This document shows, one piece after another, positions 63,932 through 64,000 of a DNA stretch of 64,000 bases. The translations under genes and the position numbers were made by a program. The notes beneath the pieces were generated by a model that had not been told where the DNA came from, ran no database searches, and worked only from the letters and a program-made list of their open reading frames with translations. The number at the start of each line of letters is the position of its first letter. Positions within the stretch are counted from its first letter, which is position 1. This DNA is from Deltaproteobacteria bacterium (GTDB taxonomy: Bacteria > Myxococcota_A > UBA796 > SXON01), in the NCBI GenBank assembly GCA_947445035.1, contig CANFCK010000001.1, positions 50,044 through 114,043 of the forward strand. Direction: 5' to 3'.

Positions 63932-64000
63932 ATGACCCTGCTCTTTCTCATCGGCCACGCTTTCGCCTGGCCTGCCTCCACCGACTGGGATGCCGTCGAC
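63932..64000 (+). CDS. Start of an unidentified CDS (runs off window end)
   Basis: The ATG at 63932 gives MTLLFLIGHAFAWPASTDWDAVD, which is signal-peptide-like. Only 23 codons are visible. Confidence 0.3.
   Translation, partial: MTLLFLIGHAFAWPASTDWDAVD

Overview
This is a high-GC, densely coding chromosomal segment, most likely from a myxobacterium (Myxococcota). The taxon call rests on two proteins ending in MYXO-CTERM-like tails (Cys/Gly motif, hydrophobic stretch, Arg-rich end), many lipobox lipoproteins with Asp/Thr/Gly-rich linkers, FG-GAP proteins and a Ser/Thr kinase. The six-frame track is full of long Arg/Pro/Gly-rich shadow ORFs typical of high-GC DNA. I called genes only where motifs, start-codon context or gene packing support them.

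Housekeeping genes recognised: rplU-rpmA, hisS, lipA, ftsQ-ftsZ, phoU, tRNA-Met(CAU), ruvB, lpxC, icmF and cphA.

Accessory content:
- An MFP-RND-RND-TolC efflux locus split by a 1.5 kb opposite-strand insert. The insert carries a Phd/VapC toxin-antitoxin pair, a start-less Cys-rich MopE-like fragment and a 57-bp tandem repeat.
- Two ECF sigma / anti-sigma pairs.
- A GAF/HD-GYP phosphodiesterase.
- A long lipoprotein / S8 protease / FG-GAP operon.

Most interesting candidates for undescribed biology:
1. A sensor-domain-less histidine kinase and a sigma-54 response regulator flank a secreted 125-aa protein made of six 16-aa Cys-containing tandem repeats.
2. Two translationally coupled HAL/PAL-family paralogs, one with an atypical SSG triad and one with a dead AAG triad and no NTGFG motif. 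They sit in a tight operon with a lipoprotein, a small ORF and a classical AAA ATPase.
3. A lipA-linked 2-oxoacid-dehydrogenase-like operon with an intact E2 but shortened, motif-degenerate E1 beta and E1 alpha subunits, in the order beta-E2-alpha and with no E3.
4. An orphan Cys-rich protein wedged between a frameshifted kinase-NTPase-TPR gene and cyanophycin synthetase.

Several decayed genes are also present: the frameshifted kinase, an internally deleted ogt and a metallophosphoesterase stub. All family assignments come from motif recognition by eye. No database search was run.
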